Source: Chiloscyllium plagiosum (taxonomy: Eukaryota). Taken from it: a stretch of 64,000 nucleotides of DNA. How positions within the stretch are numbered: the stretch's first letter is position 1; each line of letters starts with the position of its first letter. Below, piece by piece: positions 40,393 through 54,769 of this stretch. Under the pieces are notes generated by a model that was not told the origin of the DNA, searched no databases, and worked only from the letters and a program-made list of their open reading frames with translations. A program made the position numbers and the translations under genes. The stretch is taken from NCBI RefSeq assembly GCF_004010195.1, contig NC_057719.1:77036702-77100701 (forward strand), in the 5' to 3' direction.

Positions 40393-41877
40393 TAAGCTTG
40401 CGTCTTGGTTATAAAATGTCAAAAGATGCATCGTATTAATTATTGATTACATTTGAATCAAGCCCATTATAGGATGTTTGGATAGATGATCAAAAACTTA
40501 GTGAAGGAAAGCCTTAAAAGAGGAGAGAAAATTAGATTCGTTCAGGGAGGGAATTCCAGAATTTAGATTCAAGGCAGCCTCGCACACGGTTGCCAGTGGT
40601 GGAGTGATGAACGTCTATCACAAAATATTTTAGCAATTCTTTCATATTTGAGAGAGAATTTTAAGACTACCAAACTTTTGGCAGTAGCAAAATTTTTTGT
40701 AAAAGAATTAACTGCAATTGCTATTCTGCACGATTCTTTGTACAACAGGCTTTTGATTGTTTTTCACCCTTTGTTGACTAGGTTCCTAGTAAACCAGTGT
40801 TAAAGCTAGTTGCTTGGAACTGAGTTTAGGTGGAGTAGGATGTGATTTCCTCTGATGTACCCTCTGGAGAAGGTACTCAGCCTTCCCAAAATGACATTGC
40901 TGAGATTAGAAATGTATGGCATTATGTGGTTAGTGGACTTCATTTCATTACTTTGATAATTTACTATATTGTACTAAATGCTGCATGCAAAACACCTCCA
41001 AGATGGCATGTGTCTGGGCATGTGCAGCCACACAACTTTGAAATGCCATATCACAGCAAAGCGACAAAGTAGCAGCTACTAGGAAGCTTGTGCGTTTTCG
41101 ATTTGAAGCTTACACAACAAATTTCAAGGGCTGCCTTGTTCAGCTGCTCCTTGCACACATACTTCCTGCGGACTTGTCAAGGGCACCTGATGTCACAGCC
41201 TGCTTCTGTGTCTGTGTGGGTGGCCACTTTGTGGTCAGTTTTGGTGGTCAGAATAATTACTCTATTTTAATCTGCCTTTATCTCTTTTAAAAGCTGTAAA
41301 TCATGAATAGGGTTTGAAACTCCTGGTATCAATAATATCATTCATTAATGTTGTAATTCTAATAAAATTTAGATTTGTGAAACACTCTTGTTTCATTTGT
41401 TTGTTTGTTTTAGATTGGGAGGCAAATCCAATCCTCTTTTAACATATCTCAGCAATAAATCTTTGATTAGGGATCTCTGTTTATGAAGCATTTTTTTCCA
41501 TAGATAGACCGAATCTTCTTCTTTAATGACTTTGGATATCAGTTGAGCTAGCTAAGTTTCATACAAGTAAACTTTTCAGCAGCCACAGCATTTAAAAACT
41601 GATTGTTAACATTTTAAATATACTTTTTCTGGTACACATATTGGTTTGTGACACATTTTAAGTAATTTGCAGCGATTAACTTTCAGTTAAATTGACCTGA
41701 AACAACTCAGAGGGTATTGAAGTTCTCTGATGAAATTGACAAAATTTGATCTGTTGCAATGACCTTGAAAATGCCACTTTGTTTAAAAAAAAATGATACA
41801 TTTGGAATCATCTGTGTGTTTTTAAACAGTTCAGTAACGTGACCAGAACAGAACTGTTCAACCTGATTTTTGAATGA

Positions 41878-42186
<309 letters not shown>

Positions 42187-43364
42187 TGATGAACGTACAT
42201 GTTAGCCTCTGCTTTATGTGCTGTACATAGAATTTTCGTGGTGCAGATCATGGAAGATTTAAATTCTCCAACTTTAAAATATTCCAAGCCATTATCTGAT
42301 ATTTGTTGGGGTACTCATCTAATTAATTGGAAAAATAAATAATTTTTTTCTTGCACTACAAGTTAGGAGTTGTTCGTGTGGATTTTCAATTCATAGTTAA
42401 CTAAAATACACAAACTATTATTTTGTTTTGCCCATCTTCAGAAAAGTTGCATATTGCACATGGGTTCAAGCATTTGAAATAAATCCTGGAATCTGTCAAA
42501 GTACTTGATAAATTCTGATGAATGTTAATGTTTTTAAACAATAAAAACTCAATTTTTATCAACTAAAATCATGACATGCCACTCTTTTAAAATTTTGTTG
42601 CCAAAATTATGTTCTCCCCTATTATTTGTACAAATTGTTCCAAGGAAAAGGTTGGAATTGGAGCCTGACTGGGATTCAACGCAAGGCGGGGATCAGTGGA
42701 ATGGTTTATTTGCTAATGGGGAGCAGCCCAAAATTTTGACACAGTAGGTATGTTTTCAGGATTGTAAACCTTCTGAACATTAGTGTTTAATAAATAATCT
42801 AATCTATCCACTGCTCCTCATTTGTAAATTTTTGCTAAGGGAAGACATGACGTCACTATATAATCACTGAATGGCTCCCAGTAAATGATTTTCCGTTAAA
42901 TAACCTGAGAGATAAGTTAATATGTGTAGCCATTCACATGGGGGAAAAAAAAGCTGCTGATACATAATATTTTAAATGTTACGCTATAGATGACAGCTGC
43001 GGGAAAGTTGGATTCAAAACTTCAACTTTGTTAAAAAATGTGTAAGTTATCAGTCCATTAAAAGCTGACTGTTTTCCCCTTCTCATTGACATGGCAGACT
43101 GTTGGTACTCACAAGTGACATCTGCAAAGGTGGCAGTGAATTTATGCAGGCGTTTAACTTTTAAAGACTTCATAGCCAAATTTAGTAATACAAAACGCTG
43201 GAAACAAACAGCAAGCCCTGCAACTTTTGAGGCAAGTCCGCAACAGAAGAAATGTTTTTCAGGCCAATGGCTGTTCCTCGGAATGAAACAGTTTTGAAGA
43301 ATATACAAGCCAAAGGAAAAAAAGAACAAAAAGTAAATTTCAGTGATAGTAAAATAAACTTGTT

Positions 43365-43661
43365 CTCAATTGATACACATCCAGCCTATTGGGAAACCTT
43401 CCAGTCTAAGTGGATTACTTGTATGTCTGTTAATGCTTTTGTCCACTAATCCATTCATGATCTAACTGTTGACTTTTATCATACTCCTGTTCCCTGGATG
43501 CTGCCTGACCTGCTGTGCTGTTCCAGCAATAAAGTTTCAACCTCAATTGATACACATCCAGCCTATTGGGAAACCTTCCAGTCTAAGTGGTTTACTTGTA
43601 TGTCTGTTAATGCTTTTGTCCACTAATCCATTCATGATCTAACTGTTGACTTTTATCATAC
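43365..43661. repeat. 120-bp direct duplication flanking a 57-bp family A fragment
   Basis: 43365-43484 equals 43542-43661 (one mismatch, ggatta vs ggttta). Spacer 43485-43541 is the exact reverse complement of part of the 2193-2325 element. Confidence 0.92.
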
Positions 43662-45049
43662 AGAATTGTCCTTCATGCTGTTTACTCTTTATTGTGCACA
43701 CTCTGCAGCATTGCCATGTAAAGTGCAAATCTGAAGCCCTCATCAGTGCATCCCTGTAATTAGCATCTCAGAGTTAGAGAAGTGAGAAATTGAAAGTCCT
43801 TGCATGTGATTTTATTTCCCTTGCTTCCTTTGTCTGTGTAGTGTAGCTAAGGTTCAGACTTGCAGTTGTAGTAGTCAGAATTATAATGCCAACCAGTTTC
43901 AACAGAACACCTAGAAACTGTATTTTATGTCACTTCAAAGCCACATTCTTTCTCTCAGTGTGCAATTTTTAGATTTTGTAACCAAATTAAAACAGGAGAT
44001 CCATCTTCTTTTGTTATTAGCAGAGCAACAAATGAAGTTTTGACGTTGGATCATTTTAAGTGTTTCACTATTGTTCATTCACGATCATTTTAAGCTCTAG
44101 AATTTGTTTTGACCTCTGAATAAAAACTTTAAAAGTTACATTGGTGCAAAACAATTATTGAATTATGGATTTGTACTTTTTAAGTAATTTTGCATATCAT
44201 TTCATGCAACATATTCACTTTTATTATGGTTCTGATTTTGAAATTTAATGGCAATTTCGAAACAGTTTAATCAAATAAAACTCCGTATGTTAATAAGATT
44301 GGTAAGGAGATGTATAGTTCTTCAAATTAATACTGTTGGAGGATTCAAAATATTTTACATATGGAATGATGTAGGATTAAAGAATATACATTTAAATTTA
44401 AAGTTCCCAAATGAAGTTAGTAATTAGATTTGGGTATGTGCTAAAAACGAATTCTCCTGTTTTAGCACATAGATGAATGAATATTTGTTGTGAACGTTTA
44501 GAGAGCATGGACAGTTTGATTTTTTTTTGTTTTAAGGAAGATCAGAGATAGAACTTCATCTTTCTTAAAATAAAAGCAACAGGGAGAGAAGTAGTGGGTC
44601 AGATTTGCCATGAATGTAGTATTCCTTTTTTAGACTTGGTTAAATCATCGGGTATTCAAATAATTTATTAACTTAGTCAGAACAGCTTAACTTAGCCACA
44701 CTAAATACATTTAGCATTAAAACTTGTGATTTAGGGAGGTGGAAACCTTTTTTTATCAATAGAAAACTCTTTTCATGAAAGGTCCTGCCAAAGAAAAATA
44801 AATTAATCATGCAATTCTAGAACTTGAAAAACTGACATCAATTATGTGTTTTCTAAGATCATCCTGCATAGAATAGGAAATACATTTTACTGGTTTATTT
44901 TTATAGGGAATTATGTTGAATTGTGGTTCTTGGGCACATTAATTGAACAACTTCAGAGAATCGATGATTTGGTGTGATACAATATCCTGCAAATTTTTAC
45001 ACTGACTGAAAGTAGCATGATCTGCTGCCTTAGTATCTGTAGTTTAGAT

Positions 45050-45370
45050 TACAAACATACGATTTAGGAACAGAAGTGGGTCATTCAGCTTCAGGTCAAA
45101 AATCTGCAGCCACTGTCTCAGAAGGCACTATTTGAAATTTGCACAATTCTCTGGGAGAAAAGAAGTCTCCTCATCTCTGTCATACAAGGGCATCTACGAG
45201 TTTAAAACAGTTACCCCCAAGTTCTGGACTCATCGATCAGAGGAAATGTCATTTCAGTATCCACCTTTTTAAAGTCATTCAGAATCTTGTATGTTTCAAT
45301 CCAGCTATCCCTCATTCTTCCTAAAGTCTATTGAAAACAAGCCCAATCTGTCTAGCCTTTCCTCATGAGA
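45050..45370 (-). mobile_element. Old CR1 3' fragment
   Basis: Similarity to the CR1 3' region seen at 55730 and 62475. Confidence 0.55.
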
Positions 45371-45669
45371 ACTGCTTATTAACGAGCCATGCATACAGTT
45401 AAAATGGCAACTTCTGAGTGAGTCTGAGAGATAACAAAAATCACATTTCATTCTAATATTAGTTTCAGGTACAAATAATAATTACTAATTCCTGTTCCTT
45501 TTCATGCATTGGTGTTAAACAATATTCTAAGAAGTGTGTTCATGCATAGAGTTCCAAGGTAACCAGTGTACAAATGCTGTGCGCAGCATTGAATTTCTGT
45601 TCCAGAAGGCTACCATGCTCAGACCTTTGATGTCCATGAGGATGTTAAAAGAAATTAGCAGGAACACTG

Positions 45670-45970
45670 TTGCAAGCTCAGCATTTGTTAATTGTCCTAT
45701 ATTGCCCTTGAACTAAGTGTCTTGTTCAACCATTGCAGAGGGCAGTTTAGAGTGGGTCACAATGCTGTGGGTATGGAGTTACATTTAGGTCAGACCATGT
45801 GAGCGTGGTGGATTTACTTCCCTCAAGAAGGTTAGTGAGTCAGATGGGTTTTTTATAATGATAGTTTTGTGGTCATTATTCATACTCCAGATTTAGTGGT
45901 AGCATTTGAAACCATGTCCCCAGAATATTGTCCTACTAATTCATTACCACCACACCAGTGCCTCCCCCAA
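45670..45970 (-). mobile_element. Decayed SINE-like repeat
   Basis: Minus strand starts ggggaggcactggtgtggtgg (tRNA-like head); its 3' end resembles the second LINE family tail (aagggcaat...aaatgct). Confidence 0.4.
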
Positions 45971-47305
45971 TCTAGACAGGTCTGGACAATCCAGATAATA
46001 AAGCTTTAAGGAGACTTTTTTTAAGAAAACAGAAGAAGGATGAGTTATTTCATCAAATGTTTCTTCTCCTCACATGGTACAACATATGCATTATTAGCCT
46101 CAGCTGCCTGCATTCCCTTGGTCATGTAATCCCTATGAAAGATTTGAGTTACTAAATGTGCATAAAATCATAACTCAGATGTTGCACGTTACCATATTAG
46201 AAATAACACCCCAAAAGTCAAGGAATGGTGGACACTGTTGACATTTAGTACATGTGGTGGGACGGGTTGGACCAACGGGTCTGTTTCTGTGCTGTACATC
46301 TCTATGCTCTAAATGGACAGTGTAGTTTGTTTCTTTGTGCTTGTACAACATGTACTTGAAGGCTGCTATTTCTGATTGATGTTGTATGTACACTTTCCCA
46401 AATTATATCAGTCCTACAATAAATGGAACAACTAAACTTTATAAGGAAGCACATTCAAAATAAATCTATTTCTGAGCAATGGGTATTATAGCTTTGGGAA
46501 ATAGCTGTTCTTAGCATTGGAGTATATGATAAATTATCCAGAATCCTGCTTCATGTCCCATGAAGTATCAACTGACTTAAGCTTTTTTAATCTTTTGCAT
46601 AGTCTACTGGTAAGGGTTTCATTCAGATTTAAAACTAAATTAATCCCCTTCCTTTCCCTCTGGTTTTTATAATTCACACTATATGAAGGTTGGGGGTGGG
46701 GGGACATTAGTTTTTAACTTGACAATAGTATTTATATTGCAGTGTACACCATTTTAATGCAGATTTTTAAAATGAAATTGTTGATGGATTTTGCAATAAT
46801 TTTGTAATTAGGATTCAGCAAACCAGTGAGCCGCAATGTTCACCTGTTAATATGTTGAATCAGTTCTTAGCTGGCCAGTCTCGTTACAAGTCATCTCAAG
46901 CTTTCCAATGCAATTTCCACGTTTGTGTTCTCCATTTTATGTATTTATACTATATTACACACAAAGCATTTAAATTGCAGCTACATAAGAGTTAGACATT
47001 TCCACTGGGGAGATAAATTAGCATTATTACTTTTTTGTGATGTAACTTAGAAAATTACACCTGCTGATTTTGTGGATGCTGACTCATTGTCTTAAAGCTA
47101 TTTGCTGCTTCAGAAATTTTCTGCCTTGTGCTTGCTTGATACTGTTCGCAATGATTCATTTGATGGGTTTTCTTCTTTGTTTTTGTAAGCATAAAACTGC
47201 ATGAATTATCCAAATGTTGAACAATCGGTGTGCTTCTTTTGGTTCCGTGCTAATCGGTGCATGATTAACTCTATTATATTCATGTTAACTCTCATTGTCT
47301 TTTGA

Positions 47306-47566
<261 letters not shown>

Positions 47567-48668
47567 TAATAATATAAAATCCTGTTATTAACACATCAGT
47601 AAAGAGATAGTATTCCTTTTAGAGAACTGCATCAGCCAATTCAAATCAAAATTAAAACTGGCAATATTACAAGTGTTACATGTGCTGCAAACTCTTTTCC
47701 TGACCTCAGTACTTTAGATGAAGCAGCTGGCAGTGATGCCAGATACTTGTCTACTAAAAGTACACTATTGTAGGAAGTTTGTCTAAATTAATAACATTTG
47801 TTTAATGCTCTAAGTAAATTTTGTTCGGGTGCAATATTCAACCCAACTTTTAAAAGGATGTACTGTCTCTTCAACTTGCTACTTTTCAGATTCTTCAAAC
47901 TTAAAAAAGATGATGCACGTTATGAGCATTCAGCAGCTCAAGCATATAAATAAAGATTGAGCGCAAAGACCTCTGGATTGAGCATGCCTATATTTTGATT
48001 TGTATTTCAAATCCTTGGATTTTGTTAGGATCAATTAGATAGCATATCTATTACATTTTCTTCATGGAAAACAAATGGAACGGATGCAGTTTAGAAAATT
48101 GAAAGTAAGAAGGGAAGGAAAGAAAGAAAAAAGGCAGCTATTTCAATGTTGCAGCAAATGTCAAAGTGTGATCAGGCCAGTTAGTATTTAATTGGCAAGA
48201 TTGAAGATTTTGTGTTAACACAAGTGAGCTGCATCATCTTTTCTAAGAAAATGATTGGATCTTTGTGTCAAAAATGTTTTCTTAATGTTTTGGACTGCTT
48301 GAAAACTCACACATAAGACAAAAATTGGCATGAAGGGTGGTTACAATCATTGATAAGAAAAAGAAAACACTGACAAGGAACTCATTGTTTTGTTCCCTTG
48401 GGATGATATTCACATTTAAAATTAATTGTTGAAAAGAACCTTCTTTATTACAACTGAAGTACTAATTCTGTTTCAAAGGTCCAATATCTTCCTTTTGTTT
48501 TTAAGACCATCTTTGCGTTCAGTTAACAAAACTATAAAACAAGTTATCTGATTGTTATTACCTTATTATTTGAGAATCTTTGCGGAGATTGATTATGCAT
48601 ATCTATTCTTCAAAAGTGCTTAATTGGCTGTGACCATCATCTTAATTCCCTTTCCCTTGTCTTCTCCC

Positions 48669-48894
48669 TGAAATAACTTCACAGAGGCTAGTAACCCTCC
48701 ACCAGTTCACTCTTTATTTACATATGGGGAGTCCTTGACACTGATCCCACTCGAACTGAGCCATCCCTGTGGGTGAACTTCTGTCCTTACCTGTCAATCA
48801 AGGCTCCCTGTTTAAGGCTGTTAATCTGGTCCAATCAGGAAATGCCGATTCCAGCTAACCAGGTTCACCTGGCTGACCTTGGTACAGTCACTAA
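48669..48894 (-). mobile_element. Probable solo LTR
   Basis: Homologous to 2799 and 34848; tttatt gives an AATAAA on the minus strand. Confidence 0.55.
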
Positions 48895-48904
48895 ATTACA
48901 AGGA

Positions 48905-49330
48905 GTCATGGAAGACTGCACCACAGGAAAAAAAAAGATCCTTTGGCCCATTGAGTCTGCATCAGTCAAAAACAGCCACTTAACCATCCTAATTCCATTT
49001 TGCAGCGTTTGGCCTATAGCCTTGTATGCCTTGGTATGGCAAGTGCACACCTGAATACTACTAAACTGTTTTGAGCGTTTCTGCCTTTTCCACCCTAATA
49101 GGCAGTGAGTTCCAGATTCCCTGGGTGCAAAATCTTTCCTCTCATCTCCTCCAACTCTCCTGTTCCTTACTATAAATCTATGTTCCTGGTTATTGAGCCT
49201 TCCATAAGGCAAATCATTTCCCCCGTGCAACAACTCCAGTCTCCTCTGCTCTGAGGAAAACAGCTCCAGTTTATCCAATTTCTCTTCAGAACTAAAATTC
49301 TCCAGCCCAGGCCTCATTCTGGTAAATCAC
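48905..49330 (-). mobile_element. CR1 3' fragment
   Basis: MRPGLENFSSEEKLDKLELFSSEQRRL. Confidence 0.75.
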
Positions 49331-49564
49331 CCCTCTTCCCTCATTGGTCAAGAAAACAAACAGAAATAAGGATTTCATTGACTTGTTTGTTATTAGAATT
49401 GAGACATTCAGATTGATTGATTTGCTTTATTTAAACCTCCCTACCACTAGCCTGCTGCTCCAAACATTCCCAAATTTTCCTTGCCCTGTCTCTGGATTTG
49501 AAACTTTCTCCTTTTCTTTTCCAAACTATCTCCCCTCCTGTTCTCTGGAGCTTCTTTTGTCCAT

Positions 49565-49800
49565 TATGATGTGGAGGTGCCAGTATTGGACTGAGGTGGA
49601 CAGAGTTAAAAATCACGTAACACCAGGCTGTAGTCCAACAAGTTTACTTTCGGAATGCTGTTCCTTCTTCAGATTGCCAGTGGGCCAGGAGTATACAGAG
49701 GACACAGAATTTATAAGTAAAAGATCAAAATGTCATGCAGCTTTGTGATGTATTAGACAAACCTGGATGGTTGTTAAGTAGTTAATCACTTAGAATGGGC
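49565..49800 (-). mobile_element. Decayed PLE family B terminal fragment
   Basis: ttggactgaggtggacagagttaaaaatcacgtaacaccagg...ctttcggaatgctgttccttcttcag (relic hammerhead). Confidence 0.7.
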
Positions 49801-49879
49801 ATCCTCAATTCTGTCTCCATGTAACTATTTATCACTTGACCTGCTCTTCTAGCTTCCCCTCCTTGTAGGGTGAATTATT

Positions 49880-51380
49880 AGGAATTTTCCTCCTTCAGAT
49901 TTGCTAATATCTCTCTTTCAAATTTGCTAATATCACTCCTATCCTTTTTTAAAAAAAATCCTTTCACCCCACACACCTCAAATCTCTCTTTCCTCTCCAA
50001 AATCTTCGAATGTGTTGTCCCTTTCCTAAATACATGTCTGTCTTTTCAGGAACCCCAGTTTTAATTCCTGCAGACGGTTTTTGTTCTGTTATTTCACTGA
50101 AATGGCTTGTAACAAAATCACAAGTCACATCTTACATGACTATGACAAAGGTAAATGTTCCCTCTCCACCCTTTTTGACTTTTGTGCTGCCTTCGACAAG
50201 GTTAACTATGCTCTTCGCCTCAACCACCTCTTCCTGGTTTCCAGTTATATGGGATTGCTCTTACCTAGTTCCACTCTTAGCCTAAACTAGAAGGTGCATT
50301 ATTTGCAATTGTTGCTGCTCTTCTTCCCACACCGTTGTCTGTACTGTCCTGCTCCCCACTGGGCTCTATCCATGACTTCTCCTATTTCTTATCTACATCC
50401 TACGTCTCTCTGACATTATCCAAATCACAACATTGGTTTTCACGCATAAATCCCGTTCTACCTCACTCCTTCCTTGACTACCCTACTGTTGTTAAATTAT
50501 CGACTGCTTATCTGCCAGCATGTACTGTATAGACCAAGAGTATTTCTGATTAAGTATATGAAGAGTAAAGCCATTGTCTTTGGTTTCTGCTTCAGAATTT
50601 CCCTCTTTTCCATCATTCTCCCTGGCAACTGTCTTTGACTAACCTACGATGTTCATAAACCCAATGTTATATTTGACCATGAGATGGATTTCTGACCATC
50701 TGTTACCCTCCATCTCTAAGAGTGCCCACTTTCACTTCCATGACATTGCACAACTACACTCTTGTTTCAGCTCATCTGCTGCTGAAACCATCATTCATGC
50801 CTTTCCTACTTTTAGATTTGACAATTCTGGAGCACTCCTGGCTGGTTTCCCACATTTTACTCGCTTTAATCTTGACTTTATCCAAACCTCTGCTGCCAGG
50901 GTCTTAATTCATACAATACACTATTCAACTATCCCCTCTGTACTCTGTGATCTCAATGACTTTTAGAATAACATCATCTTAATTTCAAGATTCTCAACCT
51001 TGTTTTCAAATTTTTTTCATGACCTCAGTACTCTCTATCTTTGTAACATTCTACAGTCTTATCACCCTGTCAGGATGTCTGCAGCAAACTAATTTTGACC
51101 TCTAGTGTATCCCTAGTTTTATCCACTTCGTTGTTCGCTACAACTTCAGATGGTTAGGTCCTAAGCTTTGGATTTACCTCCCTGACATTTCTTTCTCTCC
51201 ACTTTCAGCCTCCAAACACCCCTTAAAATCTTCCTGTTCAAGTGTTCTATTTCTTTATTTTATAGTGTTGTTCTTACACACCTTTGGACATTTTATTTCA
51301 TGACAGAAGCTATATATATGTAGGTTGTTGTAAAATCTGTTGGGATTTGCTGAAAGATGCTGTATAAATTAAAGTCTTCC
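49880..51380 (+). mobile_element. Decayed L2-clade LINE
   Basis: DYDKGKCSLSTLFDFCAAFDKVN (LDLSAAFDTVD-like) and SSSAAETIIHAFPTFRFDNSGALLAG (AETLIHAFI.SRLDY.N.LLAG-like). Confidence 0.75.
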
Positions 51381-51612
51381 TGTTGTGGTTCTGTTCGCCG
51401 AGCTGGGAATTTGTGTTGCAGACGTTTTGTCCCCTGTCTAGGTGACATCTCAGTGCTTGGGAGCCTCCTGTGAAGCGGTTCTGTGATGTTTCCTCCGGCA
51501 TTTATAGTGATTTGTATCTGCCACTTCCGGTTCGTGGCTAGTTGGTGTTCATGGATGCAGATCGTTAGCTGTCTTCCTGTTTGTCCTATATAGTGTTCTG
51601 TGCAGTCCTTTC
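51381..51612 (-). mobile_element. PLE family C fragment
   Basis: KDCTEHYIGQTGRQLTICIHEHQLAT (GIY-YIG) joined to the terminal repeat. The hammerhead has a GUC site but GAAA is mutated to AAAA. Confidence 0.85.
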
Positions 51613-53154
51613 TGTTATTTGTTGGCATATGCATACAAAACCTGACGGCTGGTATGTGAAATTGCATTAACTGCATGTCTTATCAAAGATGATTGAATTT
51701 GTTGAATATTACAATCTTGCATTTTACTGAAGAAAATAAAGTGAGATAAAGTTTGAAATGCACTCCTCTAGCAGGACCTGGGGACAGCAAATCAGAATTC
51801 ATATTTCAGGGTAATAAACTTCCACCAGAACTGGCAAAAGTTAAAAATGTAACCAGTTTTGAGCAAAGGGAATTTGTGTAAAAGAGCCAAAGATAAAGGT
51901 AAGGTTAGAAACATGAAAAATTAAATTACGGAAGAGTTACAGGGAGTGGTGATGGGGCAAGCATAGAGAGAAAAGAAATGAATATAAAAGTAAGGATCCT
52001 TTGCTTCAGTTATCCAGGATAGATTTGTCTTGGGCAAGGGAATCACTGTTTATCAAGAGTAGATAGTAATGTGGAATTTGAAACAAACCGATTAGTCATG
52101 ATCTTATTGAATGGTGAAGCAGCCTCTAGGAGCTGAATGGCCTGCTATTCTAACAAATTTGTACATTCATAAAAACCTTTGGAATATTAGGTGTTTATAG
52201 GTGCAGAATAAATGCACCTATTTATCATAGATGTAAGAAACTACTCCGAAAGAGCTTGTGAGGCCACATCAAAGTATCTTGTAAACATTTTCAGAAAGTA
52301 AATATGAGTGGTGAAAAGCAATGGAGCTGTGCGTGTGCTACTAAAAGAGGTCTAACAAATAAGATCTTCCAGAATGGTCTTGGGAAAGATTGAATGGATA
52401 TATTCCCATAACAGTTATTGTGAAATAATTGTGACAAATGCGATGCATTTGTTTTGAAGGATATAAACGGTTTACAATACATCTTATCAGGAGTAAAGGA
52501 TGGGATGTGACTACATAAGCACAGTAAAATGAAGGTGATTTAAAAAAAAAGCATATCTAAATTGCATGGCAAAAAAAATCAATGGTAACATAGCTAATTA
52601 TTATTGGGGCCATATTCTAGACCTCCATGCCAAAGCCTTGATCTGGAACCTGCTTAAGACGAAAGAGGGAACTAGTGACAGACTCATTGTAGAAATTAAT
52701 AATTTTAACTACAGAAATTTGAAATTGATTGCAACAGTACTGGCATTATCATCCCACATTCTGGCGACCATAACTTTATCAAACAGAACATTTATAAAAA
52801 TTGAGTAATTTTGCAACTGCACTGTCTCACTGATTTTGATTCAGTGGCTTCTAGGTCTCTTGGAAATAAATTTTTTCAATTTTAATTTAAACTGAAGCAA
52901 TGCTACCCAAATTATTTAGAATAGATTTTTATTTCAATTCCCTCATGGGACCTGGGTGCCACTGACTGGGCCAGCATTTATTGCCCAATCCTAACTGCCC
53001 TTGAGGTCATGAGCTGCCTTCTTGAACCACTACAGTGTACATGATAGACTCATAATAGTGATAGGGAGGGAATTCCGGGATTTAGACCCAGCGACCGTTA
53101 AGGAACAGCAATATATTTTCAAGTCAGGGTGGTGAATGGCTTGGGAGGGGAGCC

Positions 53155-53520
53155 TCATTTCTCCTTCCCCACCTCACCCTAGTTTCAAACTTCCAGCTCA
53201 GCACTGTCCCCATGACTTGCCCGGACTTGTCCTACCTGCCTATCTCCTTTTCCACCTATCCACTCCACCCTGTCCTCACTGACCTATCACCTTCATCCCC
53301 TCCCCCACTCATCTATTATACTCTATGCTACTTTCTCCCCACCCCCACCCTCCTCTAGCTTATCTCTCCAGGCTTCAGGCTCTCTGTCTTTATTCCTGAT
53401 GAAGGGCTTTTGCCCGAAACGTCGATTTCGCTGCTCCTTGGATGCTGGCTGAACTGCTGTGCTCTTCCAGCACCGCTAATCCAGAATCTGGTTTCCAGCA
53501 TCTGCAGTCATTGTTTTTAC
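53155..53520 (+). mobile_element. Family A-related element (variant A2) with pyrimidine-rich body and hammerhead, sense to PCNX1
   Basis: 15-bp TSD cttgggaggggagcc (53140-53154 and 53521-53535). Confidence 0.87.
53392..53427 (+). ncRNA. Minimal hammerhead ribozyme (variant A2)
   Basis: ATTC-CTGATGA-A-GGGC(TTTT)GCCC-GAAA-CGTC|GATT. Confidence 0.8.
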
Positions 53521-54769
53521 CTTGGGAGGGGAGCCGACAGGTGGTGGTGTTCCTGTCCATCTGCTGTTCTTGTGTTTTTAGATGTAAGTTGTTGTGGATT
53601 TGGAAGGTGCTGCTTAAGGATCTTTGGTGAATTTCTGCAGTACATTTACACTGTTGCAACTGAGCATCAGTGGGGAAGATGGTGGATGTTTGTGGAAATA
53701 ATTTGACATTGTTGAAAAAACAAGTATTTCTACTGGAGCCATTTTGCCCGTCATGAAGTTTAAGCCTCATGTTTTAGTCCTGTATGAAATCATTGAGGTC
53801 TTCCTCAGTCATGCCCCCCTTTATTTTGCTCAGCACTCAATTATTTGTGGATTTGGCTTTAACATGTAGCACAGTGTTATTCAATCCCCATTTCTTCGGT
53901 AAAACTTTCTAAATAAGATTTTCAGCAGTAAGCTGGTGTGTGCTTTTATATGATTCATGAACATGAGCAGTATAGATGTGGCTCCTATTACTAGTTTTGT
54001 GGTCAGATTTAATTGCAATATCTCAGGTACCATAGCGAAAATGTGTACATTTTCCGAAAATGAGGTGAAGAGGAAAAAGACTTGTCTATTAAAGTTAGTT
54101 TAGAGTAGTAACTTCAGAATTGTTTTTGGAAGCTTTGACTTGTAAAAAGGAGCCCTATTCATTAAGTGTTGTGTTGGTTATAATGTAATTGTTCTGCTTT
54201 TCTGCCAATGACCAGTTTGTGCTGGCATGCCCCATGGATCTTAAAAATGAAAGTTGACTTTTTAGAATAACTGTAGATTAAAATTTAATTTATTTGTGCA
54301 CCCTAAATGATTTAGGCATTTAGGCCATCTAAGCAGCTGTGTTATAGATTGCAAGAAATTTAAGAGTAAAGTGATTGACTTGTTTTTATGGAGGTAAAAA
54401 GTATGATGCATTAAGTTGGCAAGTTGGGTCCTTGAAATTTAAATTTCTTTAGAAGTCCCAATTATTTTGTTTTAATTGAAGCTAAAATTTGAAAACATTT
54501 ACAGAAATTTGCATATTGGTACGTTGACCTTCTGACTCAAGCTGAAACAATCTTACAACAGTACAGCTCAGAAGGTGGCCATTAAACCCGTCAACTGGTT
54601 TCCAATCTGAAAAAGACCATAATCCTGACTCTGTCTACTGTTTAATCAATCCTCAATTAATGCTAATACAGTACCCGCAACCATGGGCTTTATTGTTGTG
54701 AAATAACCGTTTACATGGCACTTTAATGAAAGCCTTCTGGAAATCCAAATACAGATAAGGATTAGTTTT

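Larger units (their letters stand above)
52930..53700 (-). mobile_element. Second CR1-like LINE 3' end, interrupted by a hammerhead element
   Basis: ggccagcatttattgccc... is the reverse complement of the family tail. Confidence 0.75.

Noticed and set aside
47151..47190. Alternative first exon ATG...|GTAAGC
   Set aside because: The ATG frame ends in phase 1 whereas the next exon needs phase 2, and there is no promoter evidence.
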